Shown here piece by piece: positions 146,276 through 159,872 of a stretch of 248,000 nucleotides of DNA. The translations under genes were made by a program, and so were the position numbers. The number at the start of each line of letters is the position of its first letter. The stretch's first letter is position 1. The notes below the pieces were generated by a model. That model was given only the letters and a program-made list of their open reading frames with translations. It did no database searches and was not told the origin of the DNA. The DNA comes from Rhodosorus marinus CCMP1338 (lineage: Eukaryota; Plantae; Rhodophyta): NCBI GenBank assembly GCA_029953675.1, contig JAMWBK010000004.1, forward strand, positions 1,012,001 through 1,260,000. Reading direction: 5' to 3'.

Positions 146276-149200
146276 TGTGCCTTGCGTACCATCCACTTGG
146301 TTTTCACCCGCACTGACCAAGTCTCCTATCGAACTCCACTAGCTCTGCCGCTGTTCGCGTCGTTTATATAGCGTTCGTCTAGGCCTCCCGCGGCTCAATG
146401 GCTAGTCGCGTCTATAGACTTGTATCCTTGCTGCTGATATTTTTGCCGCTTCACAACCTGTTTTCGACGCTGCAGTTCCTCGAAAAAGGCCTCATCTCCG
146501 ATCGCCAAGGGTATGAATTTTTCCGGAGTAAGTCCTCCTGCATCCAGCTCGGTGAGGAAGTTTGTCACCTCGCGCTAGGGAAGAGAAGGGGGGTAGGAGG
146601 GCCCTGGGGTTTGAGGTTGACGGATCGTTTGATATCTCAATCGGCTGAAGAGGATTGGCCAGTTAGACTTGTCCTATCGTGAACCTCCGAGCTGCACGCT
146701 ATCAACTTGGCCCTGTCTATGGTTTACTTGAAAGGATATGACCATACTCAATAGACTTGGAAATTTGGCTTTGGAGGTTCCCTGCTCATGTGTTGTGGTG
146801 GGAATTCCGGACGGGCTGGAGAAGTGGAGGACCACGTAGGCGCGTGAACAAAGAAGAGAACGAAAGCATTTTAATCAAATTTGCAGGATTTTGTTTCGAT
146901 TTTCATGTGCATAGATCCCGTCTCTTTATGGCAGTCCTTAACGTGTTGCTGGGCGTGAACAGGAATAAGAGCCCCTTTTTTGACGTCGTCCAGCTCAAAA
147001 AAGTTTCCTCAATAAGAGCCCCTTTTTTTGACGTCGTCCAGCTCGAAAAAGTTTCCTCTAGAAATTGATGGCGAAACAGCCCCGAGTTTGTCCCCGTCTT
147101 GCCGTACGCACTCGTGGCGTGGATAGGTCAACTCCGTGTGTCGACAGATGCCGGTGTCTATTCATGGCAGACGTTTCACTTCTAGAGCATCCTGTTCAGT
147201 GCATTTTTTTGTTTCGTTTTTGTTTTCGCCGGAGGATGCGGCAGAATATGCTTCACAAAGTCAGTACGTAAGTGAACATGAACAGCTCCAACACAAGGAC
147301 ATGGACTTGTCAGACAGCATATTTCTACGCTCTGTCAGAGGAGCCCCAAAACGGCAGTTGTTATTGGGAGGCCTCAACCCTCAGCTTCAGTGGTTTGAAG
147401 AAACTGACAAGGAAAAAGCGAATGCACAGTCGATCTTCAATGAGATGAGGTGAGGGGTTGTGGGAAGTGAATGAGGTGGATATAGGAGTGTGCTATTGTG
147501 GCAATAGCGGTAGGTCATTCTCCCCATTTAGCGCTCCAAAAAGCGTGGATAGAGGAGGACCGATTGGGGCTTCTTTGTCCAGCGTCCTGACCGACCGCTG
147601 TCGAGCATGTAGACGTTAAACCCATTAGATTGCTTTTGGTAGGGACAAGTGGCCTCCTGAGACTTTCAAAGCGTCATACCAAAGCTCACATGATGCTCGA
147701 AAGCTCGCAGAAACCGGCTCTGGGTTTCAGCCGACAAAGTCGTAGGGCAACCGCAGGAGACATCCCAAAATCAATTTTTAGCCGCATGAGAGCACGAGCG
147801 TCAACAATTAGCGCTCTTTTTATCAAGTATCCCTCGCAGTGGAGTGTTAAGGAAGTCCATCCCTTGCGATCCCTGTAGCCAACCGTTTGATTCGTCGAAC
147901 AATTCCGGATAATCTATAGAGATATCTTACCACATGCGAGCATGGAAGTCCATCCGAGGCGATCCATGTAGCCAACCGTTTAATTCGTCGAACAATTCCG
148001 GATCTAGAGAGATAGCTTACCACATTTACGAAGGGCTCTGCACACCTCGCCTTTCATTTGCAGTGGTTTCCGGAAGGTTTTCCACGAGCCAAAATATCGA
148101 TGCTCAACAAGTAAGATACAAGCTACCCCATGTCGGACTTTCATGATTTTCAACGGTCCTGGAGTGTTAAATCCGAAGGAGCCCCGATGACGCGGTTGTT
148201 TTGTGTTAGATTCGTTCTTTATAACCGTAGAGAAGAGCCCAGACTGAACTGTTCAAGAAAGGGGCGAGAACCCTCAACCCTGTCGTGACGAGAAAACCTC
148301 CAAACCGAAAGTTATAGTGGCTAGGGAACGAAAAAGGGTGTCAACCTGCTACGTCCGTTCCACAACCAGAACATGCTTGACACGTAATTCAGTTAATAGA
148401 TTTTCAGTGGAGCTTGAGTGTAAGTCAAAATAGGGAGAGTCCCATTTCGAGGGGATAGACCTTGATCATGCTGAAGCGCTCCAGATATTCAAAAAAACTC
148501 TGTCCTTGTCTTTTTACCCCGACGACACTGGAGGGCGAGCTTTGATGAATCCACGAGAAAAACGTGAATGATTTCAACAACTCTCAAATTGAAAATGGAT
148601 TCGTTCAAGTCCCTGGAGAGGGAGTTGCGTCCACTCCCTGCTCTTATCCTCATTAGTTGCGGTCGCTGAGGAGAAAATTATTCGAGACAGTAGTGGTCGC
148701 AAATGAATTCCTCAACCTTTTGGGTAGGGGTTTTCTGCAATGCTTTGTGTTCGTAAAGCCGGCTAACGTTGAGGGAAAAACTAGATGATGATAATCATTG
148801 ATAAGGCACCGAGCCAAAAACTCCGTCCACCTTGCTCCTTGACAATTGGCCGCCCCAGGGACACACAGGAACAGGGAAGCGGTGCCGGTTCCCTGGAATG
148901 AATTGGAACAGCTTTAGGAGAAGAAATTAATTGGATCTTCCGCTTCCAACAAGGACTTTGTCGAGATACGTTCATCGCCGAATAAAAGCCTTTCACTGTA
149001 ACATCCTTTTGAGATTTTTCAATGCTTTTCATGAATATACTCAGGCTATGCTATTAAAGCCCAGCCTTTTCATCAATGAGAGAGAGTTCAACATGTTGTC
149101 TGATGAGTCGCTGCCACGCCAATTGGATGGAAAGAGGTACGGAGAGCCTAGAGAGCTACTTTGCGCAACTCAATTGGATGGAAAATGGATAACAGGAGTT

Positions 149201-152200
149201 TGAGGTCATGGACCAGTCGGCAAGGGACTGCCGTGTGAATCTTAGTTTTATGCTGACATAATCTCGTCCTGGACACACTGCTTCTCGTCCAATGGACCCA
149301 AAACCAACCAGGGGAGTCGATAGAGGTGTATCTGAATCGAGAGGTGGCCCAGAAGCAGCGTGGGCAGCGTTGAATAACAGCTGGAAACAACTTGAAGTTT
149401 TCTTTTGGTTTTCATGGAAGGAATTTTGTCGTCGATCACCGGCTAAAGAATCCCGGATCATCATCATCATCAGCTGGAAGGGATATCTGAGAAAGAAACT
149501 GCAAGGGTTAATCTTATTGAGGGCGTGGAGAGGCCTCAAGGTCTCAATACTATGCGAATTTGATTGGGCGTACAATGACTAGTTTCACAACTTGAGAGAA
149601 CGAGCTTCGACCGTTACTTTTCCTATCAAGAAGGGAACGAGCCCATGCTTAATCCTTATCTCAAACTCTATGAGTATCCTCAAAGCAACCTGAAAAACAA
149701 CCAGGAAAAGAATGTACTCGTATATTTGGCGAGCAAGACAAAGCCTTTCCTTGTCGCCAAGGAGAACAGAGGGGAGAGTCCCACCTTGGTCTTGGATTCG
149801 ATTTCCATTATTGAATCCTGTTCCGTTTGTTGATTGTTGAATTCATCATGTCCGGACAACTCGAGCGTCGATTGGTAAGATTCAGATCAAGAAGCAACCC
149901 TTATTTTCGAACTGTGAAAACAACAGTCTATTACATAACTTGGTCGTCCACCACGACTAATCTCCTCCAAAAAATTACATTTCCAGCCCCAATGACTATC
150001 CGCCAAACTCCCTTTTCTCAACCTGCATGCTCGCTTGACGCCACGCGCAAGTGTTGCCAAATGATGATAACCAAAAGAGGATTCCAAACACTGCCAACAT
150101 CATTCCGTTCAGTCCACTCCGAACTCATCCTACCATTTCTATTGGATACGATGGCAATTTCATATCGAATATTATCCAATGTACATACGCAGTTGCTACT
150201 AGTCTAGTCAACAACTCAACTCTTCCAGTCAATTTGTGTCAGCTCTGTTCATCTCCGATTAAAAAAAAAAATGACTGATATTTTGATTGGGACGGAGATG
150301 CGGGAGCGTGGACTTCATAGGAACCTCCAAGCTGATGGCAGTATCTGAAGATGCTGATTCGAAGAAGATATGCCATCCAATGGTCCTGTTCGAACCAGCT
150401 TCCGCATAACCTACTTGTTCAATCGGATACGATGATAAAGTCCAGTGCTAAGATTCTAAAAGCATTTTGGAGCGGGAGCTTTGGTTGTTGACCAGGGTAC
150501 CCAACGATCCTTTATGTAACTTGGGTCCCTTGGGGAGCTGAAGAGAACCAACGGATTCGTTGCGACTCCCTATATTGCGAGTACTTCAAGAATACCACTG
150601 TCGGAGTATTCCGACGAGCAGACGCCGCACACTGGATGCCTTCACTCGGCCTGGACAAGCACCTCGTCAACCCACCAACAATCTTTCCAAAACCCTTGAA
150701 TTTATCCTCGTCAAATAGATATCCAGCTCATCTATCGCTTCTCCCCTCACCCTCTACTAGCCTTCTACTACAAGGCCTTCTACTACCCCAACTCGAACTC
150801 CGCATAACATTTCTGCGGAGTTCGAGTTGGGCTACACATTACGATGAGAGATTTTCATCGTCATCACCACCCAAAAATTATTCGACAGCTGTCCATCTCA
150901 AGAAACTCCTAAAATACAAATCTAATTTTCAAAATCATTTTAGAAATATGTTGTGTACAATTGGACATGATTTTGACTGATGTTCTAAATTGCCCAATGT
151001 TCGTACGAGAACTGTGGAATCTCCAATCAATACACAGAATTCTCAATCAATTGCAATCAGTTCAGCCAGTGAGCAGCTCGAACAATGAAGATTGATATTT
151101 TGGTTCGAACAGATGGGGTCTCACGTGGGGTCCCACGTGGACTTTGCCGGGAAGCCGACCAGTCAATTTCAACCTGATTCAGTCAGTTCGCGTCAGATAC
151201 GTCGAGCAATTTTTTCTCAAGGCGATAGTGACTGATATCTTGATTGGTATAGCGTTGGGGAAGGTGAGGGGGGCGGGCTGAATGCAAGCGTCCTCTTAAG
151301 AAAGTAGATAGAGAAATCCTGTGCACCGTGCATGCCGATGTGTTGATCTTTGCAGAATTCGATGTCCCGTTCTGTAGTCCACTCCACGGTTGGTTATGAA
151401 CCGACAACGGGGTGAGGGCCACGGTGAAGAGCTGAAAGCGTTGTTCAAGAACGCGGGGCCTGACGCGATGTTCGGCTTGTATCTGCGTCTGATCCGGTGG
151501 CTGGAGCCCTGAGAAAGAGTTGCTGCTTTGGAATTGGCTAGGTAATCTCAGGTCTCCAACGGGAAAACTTTGCAATTAACACGCAAACTGGAAGAAAACG
151601 AGCGGACTTTCAGGAACAGCGCCGCGCTGCTCGACCAGAGCAAACAGCTGCGTTGTGACTCTGAACTTGTAAAACTACGGTCCTACGGAAGGAATCAACA
151701 GTCCCCGTAACCAATTAGTGAAGCACCACTTGCTTCACTAATTGTTCGTGAAGCCAAGACACTCAATGACCAGAGAACCGAAGATGTGCTCCAAGAAACA
151801 GGCAAGCACGGTCAGAGTTCCTGGGACTCATCATAAACGAGCTGTTTGTGGCTATGCCATTAGTCGCAGCAGTTGTGCCCTTAGGCGCTCGGGTATCTCG
151901 TTGAAGGGTACTGGGTCCAACTATACCATACCTTCTCACCCATATCTTGGCCCAGGTTTCACGGAACGGCCAACTACGGCAAGTAGCTAAACGGAAACGC
152001 AGGCAAAGCAAATTCGTTTATCGAGATCCCATAGTCTTTATTCGACAGGTACCTACTGCAGCGCATCACTGCACTTGAGTACGCACTACACTTCCCCAGA
152101 CCCCCTGCCCAGGGGTCTCCTCTCCAACAGTTCTAGAAGCTAGGTAACGGAAGCCACGGCCGATCAGCACGATCCTTCTCAATTGCATGTTGGACCGACC

Positions 152201-153337
152201 GTGCGTTGCGTTGCCATAGAGTGCTGACCTCTCGCAGGGATGGGTGTGTGTATCGCCGTCATAGAAGAGTGCGCTGGTCGCCCGGAGGAGCTCCAAGCAT
152301 GTTTGTTCCTAGTCGACCGTACGTCTCGAGAATAAACGAGACCAATCTCATATCGCGTCGCTCCATGGCAGTCACATCCCATAATGCAGGTCTTCTTCCT
152401 TGTCTGCTTCACCTCCACAGCATAACTGTTGCGCAAACTGCTCCTTTAAAGCGGTAAGGTATTGTCACTTTAACCTTTGCATGTCTGGGTTAGAATCAAC
152501 TGATCTGACCATTCTCCAGGCCAGGCTTCTGTACAAATCCATAAAGGTATAAGAACCTGTAAAACTACCACCTGGTCCAGTTGAAGAATATATTATCCGC
152601 TCTTTGTAGCACATGAATTTGAAGTGGGCATGCCGAATCTTGTAGGTGGATGGAGCAGGCTCAAACCGCCTATATATGTGAACTGATTTAGTCCACCTTC
152701 TCACTTACTGGACCAGTTCATTCAGAAACAAGCTGCTTTGAGGAGCGTGCGAGAATAAAAAACGAAACCGAGGACACGGAACCAGGAGAGCCCAAGCTTC
152801 AACAAGCAATGCGGCCGAAGGCGAACAACTGAGTTGTGACAACGGACGGCGAAGACCACGAGTCTCGGGAAGGACGTAATCAGTGGAACCGATTGGCACC
152901 CTCAATATCCATCCGACCCAGACATTTCATGACAAGGAGTACAGTACCCGTTCCAGAGCAGACACAACGCGGCCAGCGATGCCCAGAGTATCATCATCCA
153001 ACCTTCCGCTGCCCCCAGAAAGCAATGGCCATCGTCCGAACTCTATGCTCCACGCAGTCGTCGATCGGACAAAGGTCATAGACGAAAGTGGTTACCATTC
153101 AGCTCTCGAAGCTTTGAATAAGAGGAAGGGATGCGGTGGTTTTTCAAACCCAGTAGGAATTGTAATGAAGCAAAAACTGCTAAACGCTAACTCGCAAGCC
153201 TTTTAGTATTCAAAAACTCCGGCCATTTCAAACAGGGAAGGTAGCCGACAAAAGCAATAAGAATCCGGTTGGTGCCAAACATTGTTTTTTCCCTGAACAT
153301 AACCAACCGAGTGTAATGTGTGGTCCCTCCTCACTGT

Positions 153338-154345
153338 CTATGTGGAACCGAAAAATCTATAAGTGTATGTAAAGTCCTCAGTATCGAAGACGAGCGTTGC
153401 AGTAGCGTTGCTCACTGGCTCCCTCGGGCTGAAACGAACGATCAGTTCGACGGGATCTTTGCCCCTGCGGTTCATGGTGCCGCTGTCTGGTGCGACGGAA
153501 AAGGCATGGTGCGAGTCGCTCGTGAAGGCGCAGCGGTACGGTGCGAAGGTCATGTACTCATTGTCCACTCTGATTTCGGTGACCGCCGTCGAGTCAATGT
153601 TGGTCTTCAGCTCATATGTCCCGGAAGGTTCCTTCGATGGGTCAACTTTCAGGTCACCCCAATCCTGACCATCGCGTCGCTGCCCAGCTGGCTGTTTCAC
153701 ATTTCGCTTAATTATTGTCGGCTCCCACGGCTTTTCCCCAAACATTTCACCAGTCTGGCGCCCCTCCCTAGTTTGGTGCATTGCACGCTGGTTGTGCCAA
153801 TTTTCTATCTGCTGTGCTCGAACCTCGTCCATTCTATGTGTCCTTCTCTGTTCGTCGGTGATGTTCTCTATCAACTTTTCGGCGTAACCCGTAGTACGAC
153901 CAAAGTAGTTCGCTCCTGCCGAGGCCACACGCGAATCCATTGCTGACTTAACCTGCCCGATTTGCTCAGTCGGGATGTCCTCAAGGTTTTTCGACTCCAA
154001 GAAACCTCCCCGCAACATTTCCGTGGAGTTATGCTGATCCTCAAGATCCATATTTCCATCCCCAACAACACCACCACCAGAGTCACCCCCGTCAAACTCC
154101 ATATCACCACCTCCTTCCAGGAAGCTATTCATGCCCTCCTCAGCCTGCTTCATCGTGCCCCCATGGTACTTTCCGGTCTCCCGCGACCGGATATAATCCT
154201 CATATGAGGTTGGGGTCCCTTCAGCTGCCACTGTGACGAATCGACGCGACACTCGAGTCGCAGACCGAGAAGGCCGTCCATCCACAGGCGAGACAGTTGA
154301 TTTGAAAAGTGTCGCCGGGGTTTGAATAAAGAGTACCCGCTCCAT
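153338..154345 (-). CDS. Conserved hypothetical protein, probably plastid-targeted, with a C-terminal Ig-like (MSP/ASH-like) domain
   Basis: S/T/R-rich transit-like N-terminus; FSVAPDSGTMNRRGKDPVELIVRFSP. Confidence 0.7.
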   Translation of the reverse strand: MERVLFIQTPATLFKSTVSPVDGRPSRSATRVSRRFVTVAAEGTPTSYEDYIRSRETGKYHGGTMKQAEEGMNSFLEGGGDMEFDGGDSGGGVVGDGNMDLEDQHNSTEMLRGGFLESKNLEDIPTEQIGQVKSAMDSRVASAGANYFGRTTGYAEKLIENITDEQRRTHRMDEVRAQQIENWHNQRAMHQTREGRQTGEMFGEKPWEPTIIKRNVKQPAGQRRDGQDWGDLKVDPSKEPSGTYELKTNIDSTAVTEIRVDNEYMTFAPYRCAFTSDSHHAFSVAPDSGTMNRRGKDPVELIVRFSPREPVSNATATLVFDTEDFTYTYRFFGST

Positions 154346-157300
154346 AGTATATGCACAGTCAACTATTTTCAACTCAGACACAAAAATCAAAGGTGATGTT
154401 TTCGCGAACCGCCCGTCCAAAAACCCTTAGCCCTGCCTTTACTCTTTCCAAAACAAAGGTCCACAAAACCCGTCCTCCTCCTCCTCCTCTTCCTCTTCCT
154501 TCTCGTCCTCCTCCCCAGCAAAGCAGACCCTTATTTCCTTTTATATACTCTTCCTCATCCCAAGGCTCCCAACCCCCCAAAACAACTCGTCCAAGATAAA
154601 ATTTGGTTCAAGTCAAACGCGAGTAACAATTCCTAACGAAATATATATCTGAGGTCCAAATTTTCATCAAAAAGCAAGCCCTCTTCTCCCTGCATACCAC
154701 CCCCCCTCCCTCCCTCCTCTCCTCGTCCCAGCCAGAAGATACGGGCTTGCAGGAGAGCGGATCCAATCTGCTCCTTCCACAAGGAAACACCACGGCCATA
154801 ATCTGGAGAGATATCATCTCCAGTAGTCATCATTGGGCACTGAAAAGCGATATTCAAAAGCGGCTGTTTTATTTTCAACAAGACGAAAACATATCGCTCA
154901 AAATATTCCAAAAATATTTTGCCACGTGTTTTATAAAAATACATTAGCCAATAAAAAAGCTAAAAAACGCGTCGTTCAGTCATTAACCGCGCATCAATCA
155001 TTTGTGAAGTGAATGAAGACCCCACATTTCTTTATATGCACAAAAAATAGTAAAACACGATGTAAAATTCTGTTTGGTGTCTTTTTATGCGAAAATCTAA
155101 GAAAAACAAAAAAATTCGGAGGCGGTGAGAAAAAGGGGGGGTGGGGGGTATGTGTGTGTGTTGCAGTCGTATCTGAAAAGAGGAGCCTGAAAAGTACGTG
155201 ACCGGGTACAAATTTGGCTGAACGTCAACTGTTGTGTAGTGTGCCGGCAAAATTTGAGTATTTATGAATCCACATTTGGATCTATTTTTCATAATTTCTT
155301 TCTTTTTTTGTCGCTTAGCTTCGGTTTTATGCTCGTGTTGCGTTTTCCCGCACGTTTAAGCCTCTGAGGGATACGTAATAAGGAAACGATGAGAAAAGAA
155401 AGCAATATATTAAAGAGCGCGTATGTTTTAGGTTTATCTTAGTATTTTTAACTGAGCTAGATCAACAACCTTTGCTCTAAGTCTACTTCGTATAGTCCAC
155501 CTGAGCATAACAATGCGGCAAAAACCGCAAATTCCAAACTCAGATTTCTAAAACCACACCGCACGTCTTTAATATATCCCCTCATCCTCGTATCCGTTCG
155601 TACTAATGACCAGTTTTACCATAAACCCTGCGCAGTGCTGTGGCTATTGTTTGTTGAATTTGGGATGAAAAACTTTGGATTATGAGCGTACGAGGGAACA
155701 AATTTGGCAGACTTTTAAAGATTCGCGAGGTATATAGTCAAAATCTGTGCACTGCTATCCCAATCTTCTTGGGCCGTTTGCGGCCCTTGGACTGATTTTT
155801 GCTTTAACACCGTCTTTTAGACCGTATTTTATACCGTCCAATGCCTCTTTATGAAAGCTGATCTTTCCTGCCCATGCGCTCGCAAACAAGCGACCAAGGA
155901 AGAGTTTTCTGGTTAGTATGCCAGCTTTTTATTGGTGCCGGTGGTAACTTGAGAAAACCTCTCCGGCGCCTCCGAGTGCCAGATTTCGGAATTCTTCAGT
156001 TTGATTGGCGCGAGATCTACCGGTTCGATTGGGCCTGTTTTGACGATCTGCTGGATATACCTCAATTCGACATGTTTGCGATGTCATGGTTTCCAGTTGA
156101 CTATCTGAATATCTTGCTTTTTAGGGTTTTCATGCATTTAGGAATATCGAAATTCTATAGTATTTTGCTGTTCTTTTGGGGATCCTCGCTCGGAAGTTTG
156201 ATGGGAGATTCGGCATTTCGTGCCTGGTTGGCCTCGAAATAATATAATAATAGTTGTTTTTTCGTTTGTTGGCCAGAAAAAGAACCGGAAATCCAAATTA
156301 TGGTAGAATGTCAATGACTTGTGTTTCTTTTAAGGGTTTCGGAATGAGATTTGTCCCGTATCTGCTGGGACATCCTAACCCCGCTCATGTGGCTTGCGTG
156401 CGTCAAATTGGATGTTTCATGTGACCATCATCATCATTTATTTAGAGGAAGAAGGCTTTGCTAGACCGAGAGAACTGACTTCCAACACGAGTGACCGGAT
156501 CAGCTTAATCGAAGGGGCTAAGGCCCCCAATCGAGGTACGCTAGGAAGAGTGCAGAGAGCCCACCTCCAAAATCGCGACAGCGTTGCCTGGTGATCTTGA
156601 AGCGTCAAGCTTGGAGTTCCACTGACGATCCTCCCGAGTACCTTGTACTCATACAACGGTTCATTTTCGCTTTATGGCGAATTTTCTACCAGCATGCTAG
156701 CCGAGCCTCGCCATCGACGCCTTGGCGTCCACGCCTAGATCCCGTTGCGGTATGAAATGAGATAGCCGCAGTACGACGTACTTTGATCTTGCTGTTCCTC
156801 ATCCTCAGGCCAGTGGTTCTTTGCCGGCTGTGGGAGAGCGCCGAGGATTTGCCTCTGCCAGTATGAGACGTTGCAAGGAGTTCAAATACGCGGGGGCTTT
156901 GCCTTCCCCAGGCATTCGTGCTTGGGCTCTAGCTCATCGCCTGGTACCTCTGGTCAATGAATGCTTTGGGTTTATGGATTCCGTTGGTTCTCGTTGGCTT
157001 CCGCGAACGCCCTGACCGTCTGTCCTCGTTGTTTACCCGTTTAAGTTTCTTGCTGTGGCGTATGAATACTACTTTGATGTTGGAGGAGCGCGATCTTCGC
157101 CGCGCATTGTCTTTCTTCGAGCTTCGAGGTTTCTTTCCGTATCTCTCCGATTAAACCAATTCATCCATTACGACGACTGACGAATGGTTTAATCGGAGGC
157201 TGAAAGAAAAAACTCCGAGGGGTAAAAAGACTAAGTGCGGCGAAGAACTCGCGCCTCCAACGCTTGAAATACGTATCTTGACTGAAGCACTTACTAATTT

Positions 157301-157695
157301 TCCATTATATGATATTGGTATTAGCTGTATTTCTAAAATGGATTGATTGACTTTAATTGAGTTGACCAACGCTAGAAGTTCTCGCCTCCATCACCTGTGA
157401 GCAGCTCGTCAAGAGCGTAAGGGGCGAGTCCATGGAGTGATGACTCGAGCGGTGATGCTTACGACGACAACTTCGTCGTGTAAACCCATAAGATTGATAA
157501 AATTATCCCATTCCGCTCTTGTTTTACGCCCGTTTTTCCGTAATCCAACAGTCTCCTATCGCCCAACCGCATCGGAACTGGCAGCTCACTTCAAGGGATC
157601 CCCAGAAGCTTTTTCTTTATCAGAGCTAAAAAACTTCAACCCCTCAACGAGGTATCTGCAATAACATCAGGGCATGCACGGAATCCACAGTGATC

Positions 157696-159872
157696 CTAAA
157701 CCGGGATAAGCATCAGCTCACACCTACTAGTCTTCTTTCTTGATCCTTCTGCTTCAACCTGCCCCTTCGCCGAAACCATTAGACAGCCGGCGTTTCCCTT
157801 CGTGTTTACGGGAGTTAGTATGGTATAGCCGTTTGTCGTGATAGTCACCTCAAAATGGGTCGCTTGCCAGGGCGTTGCAATGGCAAATATCCTGTTGGTT
157901 TCGAGGCTTGTGCCAGAAGCCACAAGGTACATTCCAGCTTTTGCTTTGAGGATAACGAGTCCCTTATCTATTATTGGGCCGCCCTCAAAGGACGTTCCCT
158001 CCTCTGGCAAAACTTGGAAGACAAACCGATCCCTGAAGCCTTGCAATGGAAACGTCTCCCTCTCTGCTACGATTTCTGAGTATTTCGGCGTAGTCTCCCA
158101 CAGTTTGTTCTGAAAGCTATCACGAATCACGACTTCGCTCCCCATTGAAGGGTAACCCGAACGAATCCTCGAGACTTTCATCTTACTAGCTGCCGATTTG
158201 CGTATCTTAGCCTCGATTCTCTCCTGCCATGCTAATCTGAGGTACCCATACTTTTCGACTCTAGATTGAAAAGCAAGCGACGTCCACCCGAAATCCTTAA
158301 TCTGAAACCAGAATCTCTCCGGAAGACTTGAAACATAGAATAAGAACCGATAGTTATCTACAGCTTTCAGTAACACCCTCGACGCAGGGTCGGGGAACCC
158401 AATTGAGGCGACCAAGCCGGTTTTCGCGCTGGCAGTACAATCGAGCCCTCGCTCCCAGATGACGCAGCTTGTTCGGGAATAGCTGACACAACCATCCACT
158501 GTGCGGAGATGTCGGTGGTATTAGAGTCTGCTTTGACTCCGTTGGCTACCGCTATATAAAATTTGTTCTTCACAACTTGGATTGCGATAGTGTCACCAGG
158601 ATTAACATCTTGTCCGGTTTCGATATCCTTTGGTTCCCGGAAATCAGCAGTTACGAGCTCGTGGATAGATGTTCCAAGATATGTATGGGTCAGGTACCCA
158701 CGACTGCTCCTCCTCGCGCAGTCACCGTATGGTGATACGAAATCCCATTCGACCAGGCCATTTTCGCTCACCTTGACAAACCATGACCCCGTTCCCTCCG
158801 CCATCTTGTCGCCTCCTTTTGGTGAATCAGAGCTTCCTACTAGAAGAAGGCCACCATCCTCTTCAGCAACAATCGACTGGAGAGTCTCATCTCCACTGGT
158901 CTGAACCGTCCTTTCCAATAAATGTACCCCTTCAGGAGACAATGTGTATATCCTATAAGCACCTGCTTTCACTTTGCCACCACCAGGAGAGATTTCGCTG
159001 TACCCTGTAGTGCATCCAATATAGTAGTTACCGGCCGTCGATAACGCGGGCCTTAAGTTTCGTGCTGCCCTACAGCCCCTGCTCAAGTAGCGGAGCCACA
159101 CTTTCTCGCCTCTTATGTTATACTTGGCGACCGCCACACGATTTTCAGAGTCATTGACTGCAATGATTACGCTCTCGTTCTCAACTTCAAGAATTCCACC
159201 GCCACGGGGAACATCGTAGTTCCTGGGAATCACAGCGGGCATTTCAAACAAAGGCTTCCCGTCGGCGCTATACTTTACGGGAAGGTAGTCGTCTGACACC
159301 ACGGATCCATCCCTTAGCACAACGACATCACCAACAGAGTCATCTTGATGATGTACGAATGGTGCATACCAGAGACTGCTCCCAGTTGAGCTATATCTCG
159401 TGATCAAGCCTCCAGCGAAATCTTTGAATTCATCTTTCTGCTGGGGAAAAGCTTTTGCGTATTCCTCAATTGGATCTAAACCGCCGCTTTCATATCCCTT
159501 CGCTACAAAGCCACCCTCTTCACTCGTCGCAACCCTTTCACATCCATTCCATCGTATCCTATTCTTGACAAGAGCTCGAAGAGTATCCCTCCCTTGCACA
159601 AAGTACGTGCAACGCGACTTTGGTGGTCTAGAGCCAGCAATCCCCCGAGAAACGCCAGCAAAGTTTCCATCGGGTAAGGTCCAAACATCTACTAAATGAG
159701 GGAGAATCTTCCCTTCATCTGAGAAGGTCAGAAGAAAGTCCTTCACCTCCCCATCCACAACAACAGCAGCAACCGCCACAATAACCGCCCAAAAGAATCC
159801 ATACCCCCTCATTTTAAGATTCTCCAGCGCCCTCCCCCTGGTAACCATATGATCAACCACAAACCTCCCCAC
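157696..159872 (-). CDS. Paralog of 47356..49290 (propeller plus trefoil), split near 158.45k by a frameshift or a short intron
   Basis: ORFs 158367..159872 and 157696..158499 align end to end with the 644-aa paralog. Confidence 0.7.

Noticed and set aside
147500-152400. Possible DNA-transposon or retroelement remnants
   Set aside because: Too degenerate to assign from motifs by eye.
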